From Camelus ferus (lineage: Eukaryota), in the NCBI RefSeq assembly GCF_009834535.1, contig NC_045697.1:14572001-14636000 (forward strand): a DNA stretch of 64,000 nt, in the 5' to 3' direction. Made by a program: the position numbers and the translations under genes. Positions 13,363-25,931 of this stretch are shown piece after piece; the stretch's first letter is position 1, and each line of letters starts with the position of its first letter. The notes beneath the pieces were generated by a model. It was not told the DNA's origin, ran no database searches, and worked only from the letters and a program-made list of their open reading frames with translations.

Positions 13363-13905
13363 CTGTAGAGCTTAATCCCCTCAATTATTTTCTTCTACCA
13401 TATTTGTAATAAATTTGGACTGCTTAGTGTCCCCAGGAAACAGCTTGAAATTCCCTGTCTTGTGGCTTAGTCTCATGAAATCTCCTCCGTTAATAACTCC
13501 CTCTCTTCACTCTCCCACTTCTTTACTCAACTGAGTCCAAGTTATTTGCCTCCATGATGAAGCCTTCTCCTTTTAAAACCAGTAAATACACTGACTTCAC
13601 CACATACATGACAAAGTGTCCTGTATTGGCCCGTGAGATATTCTTTGTGATGTTCCTGTTATTTTTGAATGCTCAGGTGTCTGTCTCATCTCTCTTCATT
13701 ATTCATTCATTCACCATACAAACAGCTAATCCATCCTCTGTATTATACACAAGGCACCGAAGACGACGCCAGGGAATAATAAGCTTCCTGTCCTTCTGGA
13801 GCTCACCGCAAGTGCACACCTAATACACCTCTGATTCACCAGAGGGTTACTATAAACTGTCGAGAGACGGCTGAAATTCTCAGAGGGCTTTCTGAACTGA
13901 CACAT

Positions 13906-14248
13906 TGTCATGGACTGAATGTTTGTGTCTCCCCAAGATATAATGGTATCAGGAGGTGGAATCTTTGGGAAGTAATCAGGCCACGATGAGGACATGAGGG
14001 TAGGGCCCTTATGATGGGATTATTGCTCCTGGAAAAGACCACAGACTGTTATCTCTGTCTCTATCTGTCTCTCTGTCCACCATTCTAGAACACAGCAAGA
14101 AGGCAGTCACCTGGAGGCAGGAAGAAGCCTTCACGTTGGCACCTTGCTCTCAGACTTCCTAGCCCTAGAACTGTCAGAAATGGATGTCTCCTGTTGAAGC
14201 CACCCAGTCTACAATATTTTATTGTGACAGTCTGGGCTGACTAAAACA
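13906..14248 (+). mobile_element. MaLR solo LTR (MLT1A-like)
   Basis: TGtcatggactgaatgtttgtgtctcccc...gaagccacccagtct...gctgactaaaaCA. Confidence 0.85.
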
Positions 14249-15599
14249 GACAGTATCTAGACAGTAATTCATACATGGTGGATATTCAGAAATATTCATT
14301 GTTTGGCTTCTCATTTTCACATGTACTCAGTTATAACTCATTAACAGTAAACGCCTACATTTCACAATGTGGATGTTGTTGCCACTGGGCATCTGTGTAG
14401 AGAACCATCTAGGGACTAGCAATGATTTGTATAATATTTGTCTACATTGCCGCCATCCATGTAGACTATTTTTAGTGATTCAAAAGAAGCACACAGTTCG
14501 GCTGTGAAGGAGATTTTCAATCATTTTTTAAATTTGCTTTTATTGGAGAAAGCACTTACAATGCCTTTCACAGTTCATCATTTGTGAAAGAGGCCTTTGT
14601 TAGCCTAAAATGTAGCTGTAACAATTACTTCTCAAAACAAAACAAAACAAAAAACAAAACCTCAACACAATACTTTTAAACCTTATTTGATTACCTCAAA
14701 ATTTTTCCCAAAGAGTGAATATGGACTTAAATCCATTTTTCATTAAAAAAAAAAAAAAAGGATTAACCATTGTTCCTTGTGATCCTAGTCAATGAGACTG
14801 GGACAATGGCATCTCCATTTGAAAGAGATTTTTGCTACAAGGTTGAAATTAACTTTAACTTCTTTTTAAATGGCTCAGGAATAACTTGCAGCATAGTGGT
14901 TATCTTGGAGGTGAGAATTATCTGTTTTATTATCTCTCTTAGGCTGTATTTCACAGAAAAACTCTCATGACTCACTAATGTGTTTCAATCCATTGTTTGG
15001 AAAGCACTGGATAAGAATTGTGGTGATAACAGCTAAAATATATGGAGACGTTGGAAACTGAGGTTCTCATTATTGTAGCATGTTGCTTATCTGTATCTCA
15101 TTCAACAGCATATTTTAAAAGTGTCACATTGACATTCTAACAAGAAAGAACAATTTACCGAGTTTCAGGCATTGCAGGCTATTTAAACTTATTGTGATAA
15201 TATTTTATATTCAAAGACATTGAAAAGATAAGCTAAAGAACAGAAAAGAGATAAAAGTATGCATGAAGACAGTCAGTGCCTGATAGGTATATATCTTACG
15301 GCAATGACCTGAGTTAAAAAAGTAAACCCCCCTACATCATCTGTAATTTTTGTCTCAGACTAATTAGGGGTTGGCAAGGCAGTAAAGAGGAAAGACGCAA
15401 ACTTTCAGTGGCCAATCAAGAAACATCATTTGGAGAAGTCAGTGGCGAGTCTAATGACTGGTGGCCCAGACCAACAGAGAAAGAAGAGACCAAACTGAAC
15501 AAGAAGGAAATGCATCTTCATTGTTCACAGCCCCGTCTCTTTTACAAGTGATGCACACAAAGGAAGGTAAATCTATGAATGTTCAGAAATTAAATGGCG

Positions 15600-15830
15600 A
15601 GCACAGCAGGGCCAGGAGGGTCAAGCTCCAGAGTGGACACAGACAGGCCCCTGACCCTGCTCAACAGGACATTATTTTGTCCATGAGCCCATCACTTATT
15701 CCTTCCCTATTCATTTCACCTCCTGTAAGTGGGATAATATTGGTACCTGCCTCATAGCACCAGGGGTATTAAACGAAATAACTGAAGGTTTGGGCATAAT
15801 GCCTGGCATTTACCAAGCCTTCATGGAGTC
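15600..15830 (+). mobile_element. MIR SINE
   Basis: cctcctgtaagtgggataatattggtacctgcctcatag...tgcctggca. Confidence 0.7.
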
Positions 15831-16199
15831 CAATCATAATGCTCAATTATATTAAAAATATATAAGGGGTTTTAATCCATACTTTGAAACACTCAAGTTA
15901 CCCAAACTTTTTTTCCCCCCATAACAAACTCTTCCTACTACTGGGGATTAGGAGAAATTTACTCTCACAGTTGCATGGTGCTGGTATTCAGGCAGCTTGC
16001 ACTGACAAGGCCAAATGGGCTTTTGATGGTCGGTGTTGGCTCTGACGGCTGGAGGTGGAAAGCAGCAGTTGTTTGGTATTTTGACTATTATCCCAGAACA
16101 TGTTGATAGTCACAGATACATATGATTGAATTAGAGACAGATGAATCAAAGGAATGGTCTCTTTTATTCTATTTTTGATCCTGCGATAGACATGGAGTT

Positions 16200-16480
16200 C
16201 CACAGACCAGATCCTCCTTTAAGACAGGCTCTTTTGCCCCTGCACTGAGTGCGTTAGGCTGTCAGCGGCCTCAGGATTTGATTCAGCTGCCCAGAGCTGC
16301 CTAGTCCAAGGACCAATTGTGGAACACAGAAAGTCCCAAGTATTCTGGGCCATCACAGGATAACTCCAACACCCCAGAGCGCCCTATGAGGTTGGCTGAG
16401 ACTTTGTGGTTTTGCAATAACTAGACTTCCTCCTCTAAGTAATGCTAATTCTGCCCTCCCGTCCAATCCCCAGACCAAAC
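16200..16480 (+). mobile_element. ERVL LTR fragment (LTR16-like)
   Basis: ccagagcgccctatgaggttggctgagactttgtgg...gacttcctcctct. Confidence 0.55.
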
Positions 16481-17105
16481 TGCTCAAGAACCCAGTCTCC
16501 TCGGTTGGCTTCAGCCACTCAAACTCTTCCAGGAATCTAGTGCTTTCCTTTTTTTCTCATATTCACAAAGTTACACAGCTTAAATGTCCTGCTGTCTGAA
16601 GCCCCTCAGTACCTAGGATCCTCCTGGGCCAGGTAGGAACCCCCTGACATTCTGTTCCAGGACCATTTGGGGAAGAGAAGTCTGGGACCATACAAGAAAA
16701 GGAGGGCAGTGGCGGTTCCTAAGTCTTGGGCAAAAGAACACCAAGGATGAGGGCTGGATTACTGATGGGGAACATGTGATTTTAATGAGAGTGGATTCAT
16801 GAAATAGAGGAGAAAGAAAATTATAAATTATGATATAAATTATAGATTCTAAGGAACTAGAGAAATAACTGAAAAATAAAAACTACTAAAGTATGTTTAC
16901 CTAATAAAATGAATTATAATAATCCATCTATATGACCCTCTTTCTACTGAATTCATTTATTCTTTTAGTCATTCAATATGACTTAACTGAAAAATTATAC
17001 AATACCAGACACTGTGTTAAATATTTGGACAGAGAGTTGATTAAAACCTGGTCCTTGCTCTTAAAAAAAACCCTCACACTTATATCTCCTTATCTTACAA
17101 CATAA

Positions 17106-17109
<4 letters not shown>

Positions 17110-17137
<28 letters not shown>

Positions 17138-17167
17138 CATATATTATATACACACACATATATATAT
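17110..17167. repeat. Compound (TA)n(CA)n microsatellite
   Basis: Read directly from sequence. Confidence 0.9.
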
Positions 17168-17699
17168 GCCAGATCCATTTTTTATATCCTAACCAATTTT
17201 GTCTTATAGAGACAATTTGTAACTCTAAAGATTTAAGATTGTGTCACCGAAAACTATAAAAATGCTGTTTCATTTTTTACAGCTATATCTTGGAAGTTTT
17301 TTTTTAGTGTTCTGTTCAGGTATTACAGGTACCTGCTAAATTTTTTACAATAACAAATAAGAAGACTGGCTAAATACATTCCCAGAGGCTTTGGATAAAT
17401 ATTCTGACAGTTGGCTTACCTATAGATTTGAGCTGATTGATGACAGCCTTAAAACAATTAGATGCATAATATATAATAACAGAGTAATAGACTGATCATT
17501 AAAGTTTTTTGGTAGGTAATATTTCATGGCTTAACACAGAATTGTTCCTCTAGGCAAAATTAGGGACACAACCTACTATTTTAGTTTCACAGAAATCATG
17601 TACGTCTTACTGGATGCTAAGAAACATCTCCAATAAGACATAAGGTCATTGCATTGCTCATTTAAAGGAAATGTTTGTTGCAGAGACAATCAGCCTTCC

Positions 17700-18030
17700 A
17701 CCAAACACTACGCTTCTTTGTCTAGTGCAGAGAAATGCTAGGAAGTAGCTGTCCAGTCAAGAACTACGTTACCTGTACCTCTTGCTTATAAAGGCATCTG
17801 TGACTAGTTTCTGCGAATACTAGCTCATGAGCAAAAGTGGTTAAGAAACATGGGGACCATTTCCACTGCCTTTTCCCTCAGGTGCAAGGATAAGCTAACA
17901 ACTCTGAATCCAGGGGAGATGATAAAACAAGAGATGGAAGGAGACTGAGTCCCTGAAATATTGCTTGAAAGAATGCTCATTAATTAGAAATACCTGTTTA
18001 GACTTTAGAAGACTAAGAAATCTCTTTCTA
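17700..18030 (+). mobile_element. Old ERVL/MaLR LTR fragment
   Basis: actacgttacc...tcttgc...tgtgactagtttctg...aagagatggaaggagactgagtccctga. Confidence 0.5.
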
Positions 18031-18639
18031 TTTGTGTATTTACCTTAACTATATTGCAGACTTGGGGTTGAATGTAAGATTATCTTATGGAAAAGTGGAC
18101 AAACATATGTTAATGACAACTTGGGTCCAATATCACAAGTCTATTAAAATGTGTCCATATTTTTAAATGATTACATACAGTTTAACACTATGACATTTTC
18201 CCAGTAGGTCAAATTACATTTCTAAAAGAATGATGCACTTGTGGCTAGATCTTCTACTGTTCAAGTGGACAGATGAGTATAAACTGCTCAATCTTCATTC
18301 TCTTAAAGATGAACATTTTTTAATTTTGAATTTGGCTTTTCACATCTGCATCAGCATTCAACAAATGATCATCAGAAAATATGTTCAGAGTCTTAAACAT
18401 GTGTTGTGGGGTTCTGTCAAGAATTGTTAAGGGAAAGAGCATTGTATTTACTTAGTGTGTTAAGTAATGACTCATCTGAATAAGTAAAACAAATAGTTTA
18501 TGGACTTACACTATGCATTCATAATTTTTTTATGACAGTATTTTAAAAATACAATTGTAATCATATAATATATGCAAAAGTGCTTAATCCTGGGTCTGGC
18601 AAATTGAAAGCAAGGTGATGAGCTTTCTCATTCTCAGTC

Positions 18640-18855
18640 ATACCAATGAGAATCATGCCTTCAGGGACAGAGAAGCAACGGAATAGATGGAACCTAGATG
18701 TTTAGATGACCTTATGTAACAGGCTATTAATCACTCAGTACCTCGGCCTGCTTTTGAATTATTGTCACATGAGAGAGAAATAAACTTTTATTTTCTTCTG
18801 ATTCAACTGCATTTTAGGATTTTGTTTTTGTTGTTACAGGAGTTTAACCTATTCA
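18640..18855 (+). mobile_element. Old MaLR LTR 3' fragment (MLT1J/K-like)
   Basis: catgagagagaaataaactttta...ttttgttgttacag. Confidence 0.55.
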
Positions 18856-18858
18856 CAA

Positions 18859-19225
18859 GTGTTATGAGCTGAATTCTGTCCTCCTAAAATTCATTCTGAG
18901 ACTCCAACCTCAGAATGTGACTGTATTTGGGAGCTAGGGCTTTTAAAGAGGTGATTAAGTTAAAATGGAGTCTTTAGGTTGGGATTTAATTCACTGTGAC
19001 TGGTGTCTTTCTAAGAAGAGGAGATAGACACAGACAATGTAGACAGAGAACGCAGGAAGAAGGCAGCCATCTGCAAGTCAACAAGAGAGGCCTCAGAAAA
19101 AAACAAACCTATGGATACCTTGATCTTGGACTCCCAGCTTTCAGAACTGTGAGAAAATAAGTTTCTGTTCTTTAAGTCACCCAATCTGTTGTTTTGTGTT
19201 GTGGCAGCCCTAGTAAACTAATACA
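18859..19225 (+). mobile_element. MaLR solo LTR (MLT1B-like)
   Basis: TGttatgagctgaattctgtcc...cctcagaatgtgactgtatttgg...ccttgatcttggactcccagc...gcagccctagtaaactaataCA. Confidence 0.9.
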
Positions 19226-19437
19226 ATGAGGAATACACCATCCATCCATCCTTCCATTCATTCAGCTTTTACTTGGCACTTTTTTTTTGCAACAAGCTCC
19301 GATGCAGATGACAAGGTAAATAAAATCATCCTATGTCCTCAGGTAAATCACACACAATGGATAAGAAATACCTCCTTCCATTATAATTTATTGCTTTTTA
19401 GGGAATATGTTATGTAAATAAAATATATTCCATCAGC

Positions 19438-19850
19438 TACAGGTTGTGTTTTGTTCCCCTCAAATTAGCCCCCAGTGTCTCAGAAAGTGATTGTATTTGG
19501 AAATATGGTTGTTGTAAACCTAATTAGTTAAGATGAGGTTATACTGGATTAGGGCTGGACCCCAAATTCAATATGATTGGCATCCTTATAAAGAGAGGAC
19601 ATTTGGACAGAGAGACAGACAAGCATAGAGGAAAGACACATGGGGAACTCCGCCTCTAAGGAGGACCTGAGGCTACCAGGAGCCAGGAGAGTGGCATGAA
19701 ACAGATTCTCCCTCACAGCTCTCAGAAGAAGCAACCTGCTGATGGACCAACCTGCCCCAGAACTGTGAGATGATAAATTTCTGTCGTGTAAGCCACCTAG
19801 CTTGTGGAACCTTGGAAATTTGTGATGGCAGCTCTAGCAAAGTAATGCAT
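19438..19850 (+). mobile_element. MaLR solo LTR (MLT1C-like)
   Basis: taattagttaagatgaggttatactggattaggg...aacagattctccctcacagc...ccagaactgtgagatgataaatttctg. Confidence 0.85.
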
Positions 19851-20186
19851 CATCTGCTCCACAGTAAAGGTTAAGTATTTCAAATTCTGGAATGAGTAAA
19901 CAAATTCCACTACTTGACATTTAGAGCCAGGGGAGTAAGTCACGCCAGTCTTACACTATTTTTTTTTCCATCTACCACTTACTGATAAATCCCTATTCTT
20001 TCAACCAATACTTACTGAGTATCTTTGTCTACATCTTTTATATTGTGCCACAGAAAGTGGGATAAATACCACTGAGCAGGAGATGCCAACCTCACATTTC
20101 AACATGTTGTCATTCTTTGGGAAACATGGAACCATGACCTGAAATGGATTTATTTTCCCAAATGAAATTTTGTCTATTCCACCAGC

Positions 20187-20228
20187 CAAACAAACAAATA
20201 AACAAAACAAAACAAAACAAAACAAAAA
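20187..20228. repeat. (CAAA/CAAAA)n simple repeat
   Basis: Read directly from sequence. Confidence 0.85.
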
Positions 20229-20852
20229 CCCAAATCCTGGCAGTAATAATATCACCTTTAAGTATACACTGAGGGACGAAAAGACCAAAGAGGCCAGATA
20301 GGCTATGTTAACTTAAATCACAAAATAATGTAACCATCCGTGGGAGAGGAACATAGAAGATCCCTAGTTGCTGGTTATTTGAAAGAGTTTGGTAAAATAA
20401 GAAGACAGAATGCAGAAAAATTGTTCCTACTGTTTCGTTTGGTCCCGTTTTCACTGAACAATTCCTGGATGCGTGAAAAACAATGACAGAAAAAGACACA
20501 GCCACAAAACTTTTATGGTATTTTGTTGCATATTAAGAATAAGCCACCCCTCCCCCCTCCATATCCAGGTAAATACCAGGTAAATATTTGACTGCTCTTA
20601 AACTAAAAACAAAAACTACTTGTCTTATTTTTCTCTCCTCTTTTTTCCTCTCTACACTTGCAAAGACACCTGTCTAGATTTAGAAAGTGCCTCCATTTGG
20701 TATGTATAGCATACGAGACCAGACAGAAGACTACGCTCAACTTGCAAACATCTAATACCTTAGCCATCTCACAGTTCTCTGACTGCCGTGTTAGAATAAG
20801 TTAGAGTGGCTTCCTCTCTGTTCCTTCTGTTCATCCCGAATAACTGCTTTAG

Positions 20853-20999
20853 GAAACATGGTTGTTTCCAGATCCCCCCTCTAGCAACCAGCACCATCTG
20901 TAAGGAAAACCTAGATAACTGCTTCTTCAAATCTCAGTGCCTGGTTATTGTTGGTGAGGCCAGGATGCAGGAAAATATATATTTTGAGTATGAAAGAAG
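20853..20999 (+). other. Candidate 147-nt symmetric (phase 2-2) exon
   Basis: ctgctttAG acceptor and AAG|GTAAGA donor; one open frame KHGCFQIPPLATSTICKENLDNCFFKSQCLVIVGEARMQENIYFEYER; no known homolog recognised. Confidence 0.25.
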
Positions 21000-23900
21000 G
21001 TAAGATAGAGCCATGGACTAAATAGCATTAAAAATCTCTTTGTTTTTCATGGTAATATGTATATGTGTGTGTGAAGGGGTGGAATTCTTTAATAAGAAAA
21101 ATATTCTATTCTATTCAATTACAAAACAACATAATGCAATCTTTATGAGAAAAGCATAAAATAAGATAGTACTTAAATTCCAAGGATTAGAGAAAAGATT
21201 GTGCCAAAAAAAAAAAAAATCTAACATCTGATAGCTAGTATATATTCTTTTTTTTTAACTTTATTCTAGGACATTTAATGGCTAAAAAGGATAAATTTAC
21301 CATCAGCATCATTATCATCATCATTCTTAATGTTGTTATGTGTTCTGATTACCATAAAAGAAGAGATGTAAAGAAAATTCAGCTGTTTATTGAGTATTGG
21401 TAGAAACTGTCAGAGTACAAGGTATTGTTCCAGTACACTCTTACCCTAAATCTCAGGATTTTAAGAAGATCTGACTTTGGGACACAAGATACCTAGGGAT
21501 ACTTAAAAGAAGGGAACCAATAAACATTTCAAGTATTTTGAGAGAACTTCTAAAATATATAATAGTTTTGGGGAAAGGAAGTATGAAATTGCATTATTCC
21601 CATATGATGCTCATAGTCAAATGACTCTTGGGTCTACAGGAATATGAAGTACTCTTAATCTTCACACAAACTGAACACCTGTGTCCAAGTGTCAGTGTCA
21701 AGGAAACAACTTTGTGTCTAAATTTCTACACGTTTAAAGATTCATGCTAACATCTCAGAGTTAGAAAACTGTAATTGAGTGGAAGCTTGGACACAATTAA
21801 TTCTTAAGCTGCATGATTTTTCACTTTCCATTTCAAGGATTGTCACTAAAGTAGTAATTTTTTTCTCCTCTTGCTAATCCAACAATTTCATACTGACAGC
21901 CTGTCATCACGGGAATTTACTATCACATTAAGGCTTTACCCACTTTAATACAAACATTTCCCAGCTGAAATTAGATACACTGACAAGAAGTATGGCTTTT
22001 AGTTAATGATTAATGTTTCTGCTTTGGGAAAAAACCTCTTCTCTTAAGTATATCATACTGTCGAGTGGCTTCCAAACTTTTTGTTTGGAAGCATTCAAAC
22101 GGAGTGCTTTATGGTTTCTGATCAATAAAAATAGTGCTTTGACATTTTTATATCCTTCTCCCCACAGAAAGAAGAAAGAAAATGCTACAGTACTAGGTTA
22201 CAGCGATAAACAGAATGTGAATTTGAAACTAGTAGACTGGGTTGTGAGTCTTGGGTTTTCTGTTAACTAGTTCTGTGGTTTGGGTAAGTGGTTTTCCTTC
22301 TTATGCCATAGTTGTCTCACCTATAAAGTGGGATCCTTGAAGGTGTTTAGAAAGAATAACTCAATCCAGAGGAAACTAAGCTGAAGGGACCATCAAATAA
22401 GGGCTCGACAATTGTTATTTGAGGTTGTTAAAATCATTACTTATTGGGAACTACTCAGGCTAGAGTGTGAGGATATAAAAATGAAAAAGTCACACTTCCC
22501 CGAGACCCTCACAAACTGCGTTATGAAGCACAAAGGAGCGGGTATATGTGAAAGCATTTTGAAAAATAGAAACTCGACTTAAATAAAAGAATGATTTGTC
22601 AATACGAGTGATCACCAATACCCTCAGAAATAATTTAATGCCAAAATGTGGGTCAGCACCTCACTTCAGAATGTTTTGGCTTTTATTTAAAAACCACACT
22701 GCTAGTTTGGTTTAATCTTAAACATTAAACACCTGCTCATTAATTAACTCAATCATGCATTCAACTCATGCACTCAACAAACGTGTACAAGCTGTTCTGG
22801 GACTGACTGCCCAGCCTTTACAGCAGCCTTGTGTCCTGTTTCTCAAGCACATGGTCACACGTTTCTTCCCACTTAATGTCAACTTAGTCCTTATTTTATG
22901 TTTGACCTTCTAGGAAGGTTTTATGAGGCCCTCTGAGAAGATTGGTTTGTGTGTAACTCACAAACACCTCAAAAAAGATTAAGCATCCCTAAATCATAAA
23001 GGCACCAAATCGAGCTGAAGAGGCTGCCATGAAGATGAATACCTGACACAGCTTTGGCTGGGCTTGGGGAAACAAAAATTTGAGAGCCTACATTTTGGCA
23101 GACAATAGTATGAAGATCTATTGGAATTGCATTCAAAGATTTTATACACATGACAACACCCATCCTCTGCTAAAATTATCTTGACTTACAGCTCAAGATA
23201 ACACAGCTTCCACTGTCTCAAGTGTTAAAATAATTATTTAATTGCTTTAATTCACTGTTAATCAATTTTTAATGCACCAATAAAGAATAATTATTTTCAA
23301 GTTCCACAAGAGTGATTAACAGGACTATATTATCTTTCCAACTTGCTGTCTGCACAGTATCATGTGAGTTAAAACTACAGTAATAGAGTAGTTTACTGTT
23401 TCTACTGCAATGAGAAGTATAAGTCTGTTTTATTTGTCAAAATCTATACAACTCAAGATTTCTATTTTTAAAAACACTAAATGGAAACATCAAATGAGTT
23501 AAAACAAACCTTATAATTTACTGTTCTTAAATCAAATTAAAATGGAAATATAGATTAGATCTTTTCAGCATGACTCTGAAATAATAATAGTATATTTTAA
23601 TATTTGTGATTTTAGCATTTAGACAGTACTTACTTGTCAAGATGCTTACATGTGAAATTCCTCTTAAGAGTATGTAAGGAGAATAGTATGGTTTAGGAAA
23701 AATACATGAAAAGCTAATAATTAATATCCCCTTCTATTTTTTATGGGATCTAAAGTTTAAAATAATCCCATCCACTGCTTCATTTTTTGCTTTTGTGGGT
23801 TGCTTATAGGGTAAAATATACTGATGGGTAATATCCAAGAACCCATCTTGTTGTGGACAACTCTGATAGTCCCAAGGTTCTTTGTGTTGAGCAGAAGCTT

Positions 23901-24479
23901 ACTTATCTCTAGCTTCTATTTATTAAATTTTAGTCTTCATTTTAGTGCTAAATCAAAGAATTCTGTTTTCCTTATACTCCTTAGCCCTTTCATCACTGGC
24001 GGGCAGACATTTCATCCCAATTTTCTGCTCATCAGCCTAAACACTCAGTTTCATTGACTTTTCTTCACAGGAGATGGTTCTGATTCATCATCTAGGTGGA
24101 AGTCCTTTGAACATGGCATAGTTTGAGGTTTTTCAAACTTTTTTCATAATATGTCTTATCAACATTATTTATCAAGCTTTATTTCCTGTAGTTTTTTATT
24201 ATGAAAGAGGTTTTGCTTGTTGCTCCCGTAAAAAAGAAAAATTAAAAGGTTGAAATTATCAAAATGTTAAAATGTTATATGAAAATATAAATTATTTGTT
24301 AAAATATTTAAAATGTGATAGTATACATACAGAAAGTTCTTTGGATTTTCTAATAGGCACTCACTCCTGCCTTATCTGGTCACTGTCCTTCCAGTAAATG
24401 ATGCTAAGAATGGAACACAACACACTTGAGTGTGGTCTGACCAGCAGAGAACTGAGCAGAATCATTTCACACACAATTT

Positions 24480-25100
24480 CTCTCCATTTCCTCTGGCACC
24501 ACTCATATCCACATCACAGTCATCTCTCACCTGGACAGCCCCAACAGGCTCTTAACTGGCCATCTCCTCCCCTCATACATCCTTACAATCTATTCTCCAC
24601 TAGTAGCCAAAGGGCTCTTTTGAAAGCATAAAGCAGACCAAGTCATCATCTGCTCGCAACACTCCAGAGACTTCTATTATGATGAGAATGAAATCCCAAC
24701 TCCTTGATTTAATCTTACCTCCCTCAGCCTCCCTCACACCCCTACCAGCGCTCTGGCCTGAGTTATCCTTTTCTTATGCTTCAGTGAGGCCAAGGGTTTC
24801 TACATCAGGGCATGTGCACTGCCTGTTCTTGTGTGGAATCCCTTTCCCCACATATTTGCCCAGCTGCCTCCTTCTCATGTGTTTCCTCCTCATCAGGCCT
24901 CCCTGGGGGACACTGAATACAAAGGAGCTTCTCTCATTACTTTCTATCATGTCACCCTATTTTAATACTATAATATTTGCCACTAATAACATAATTTCAT
25001 TCTTGTTTACTATTTATCTAATGAGATAAAGCCCATGAGAACAGTAATCTTAATCATTTTTTTCAGAACAATTCTTGGCACATAAGTATTGTTGAAAAAT
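24480..25100 (+). mobile_element. L2 LINE 3' portion (nested in L3)
   Basis: catctctcacctggac...caatctattctccac...gcccatgagaacag...ttggcacataagtatt. Confidence 0.75.
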
Positions 25101-25139
25101 AGCAGATTTTTGGCTGTGAGTATATCAAATGATTACAAT

Positions 25140-25320
25140 CTAAGAGTCTGAGCCTGAGTTTGAATTGCTGATCTGTTCTCACCAGAGTTGAGATTTAGAA
25201 CAAGTAACTTTACATCTCCATGCCTGAAGTTATACATCCAAAAAAATGGGGATAAAGTGTGGCTTTCCTCTCAAGATGATTATAAAGGTTAAATAATTTA
25301 AATAACTTACTTTGTGTGAA
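25140..25320 (+). mobile_element. MIR SINE (nested in L3)
   Basis: cctgagtttgaatt...caagtaactttacatctc...aaaatggggataa. Confidence 0.65.
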
Positions 25321-25931
25321 ATGAATAGATAACTGCTGTATGAATCCTGCAATTAATGGTAATGCATTAATTAATAGTAATTTTTAGTGTTGGGCAGCAC
25401 TACTGCTGACTCACATTACACTTCAAGTATGACATCAAAGTCTCCAAGTCTTTTTTCATGTGTAATGCTGTGTGCTGTCATCTCTACCTTTTTGTGCTCT
25501 TGCTGTTGCTTTTTGGGAGCCAACTGTGAGATTTTATATAGCTTTATTTTGTCATATTTAGTATGTCACCTGAACCTGATGAAAATGCTGAAGATCTCAA
25601 TTTTGTTATTCATTAAATGTCATTATGTATATTTGGAACCAGGGCCTTCATCTAAAATCTGAAGTACTCAACTCAAGCGAGCTCAGCCTAGAGGCCTCCG
25701 AGAAGACTCATGGGGCCGTGCCATCCTCTCAGTTTCCTTTCTCTTGCCCTCAGCGGAGGCCTGGAGATGCCAAACCTGGGTCTGCAAAGCATGTACCACA
25801 CTGGAGGAAGGACAAGGGCTACAGACAAGAAGGACAGAAGAGCACAAGTGAAGCAATATGGACACTCAGCTGGCAAAGAGCAGGCTTACGGGAAGGAGAT
25901 ATGGAAAAAAGGAATGTCGTTATAGTGCAAC

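Larger units (their letters stand above)
23840..25620 (-). mobile_element. CR1/L3 LINE in three pieces (~23840-24090, ~24355-24470, ~25385-25620)
   Basis: Antisense L3 motifs in order: gttgtggacaactctgatag; gaacacaacacacttgagtgtggtctgaccagcagag; ctgctgactcacatt...ccaagtcttttttcatgtg. Confidence 0.6.
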
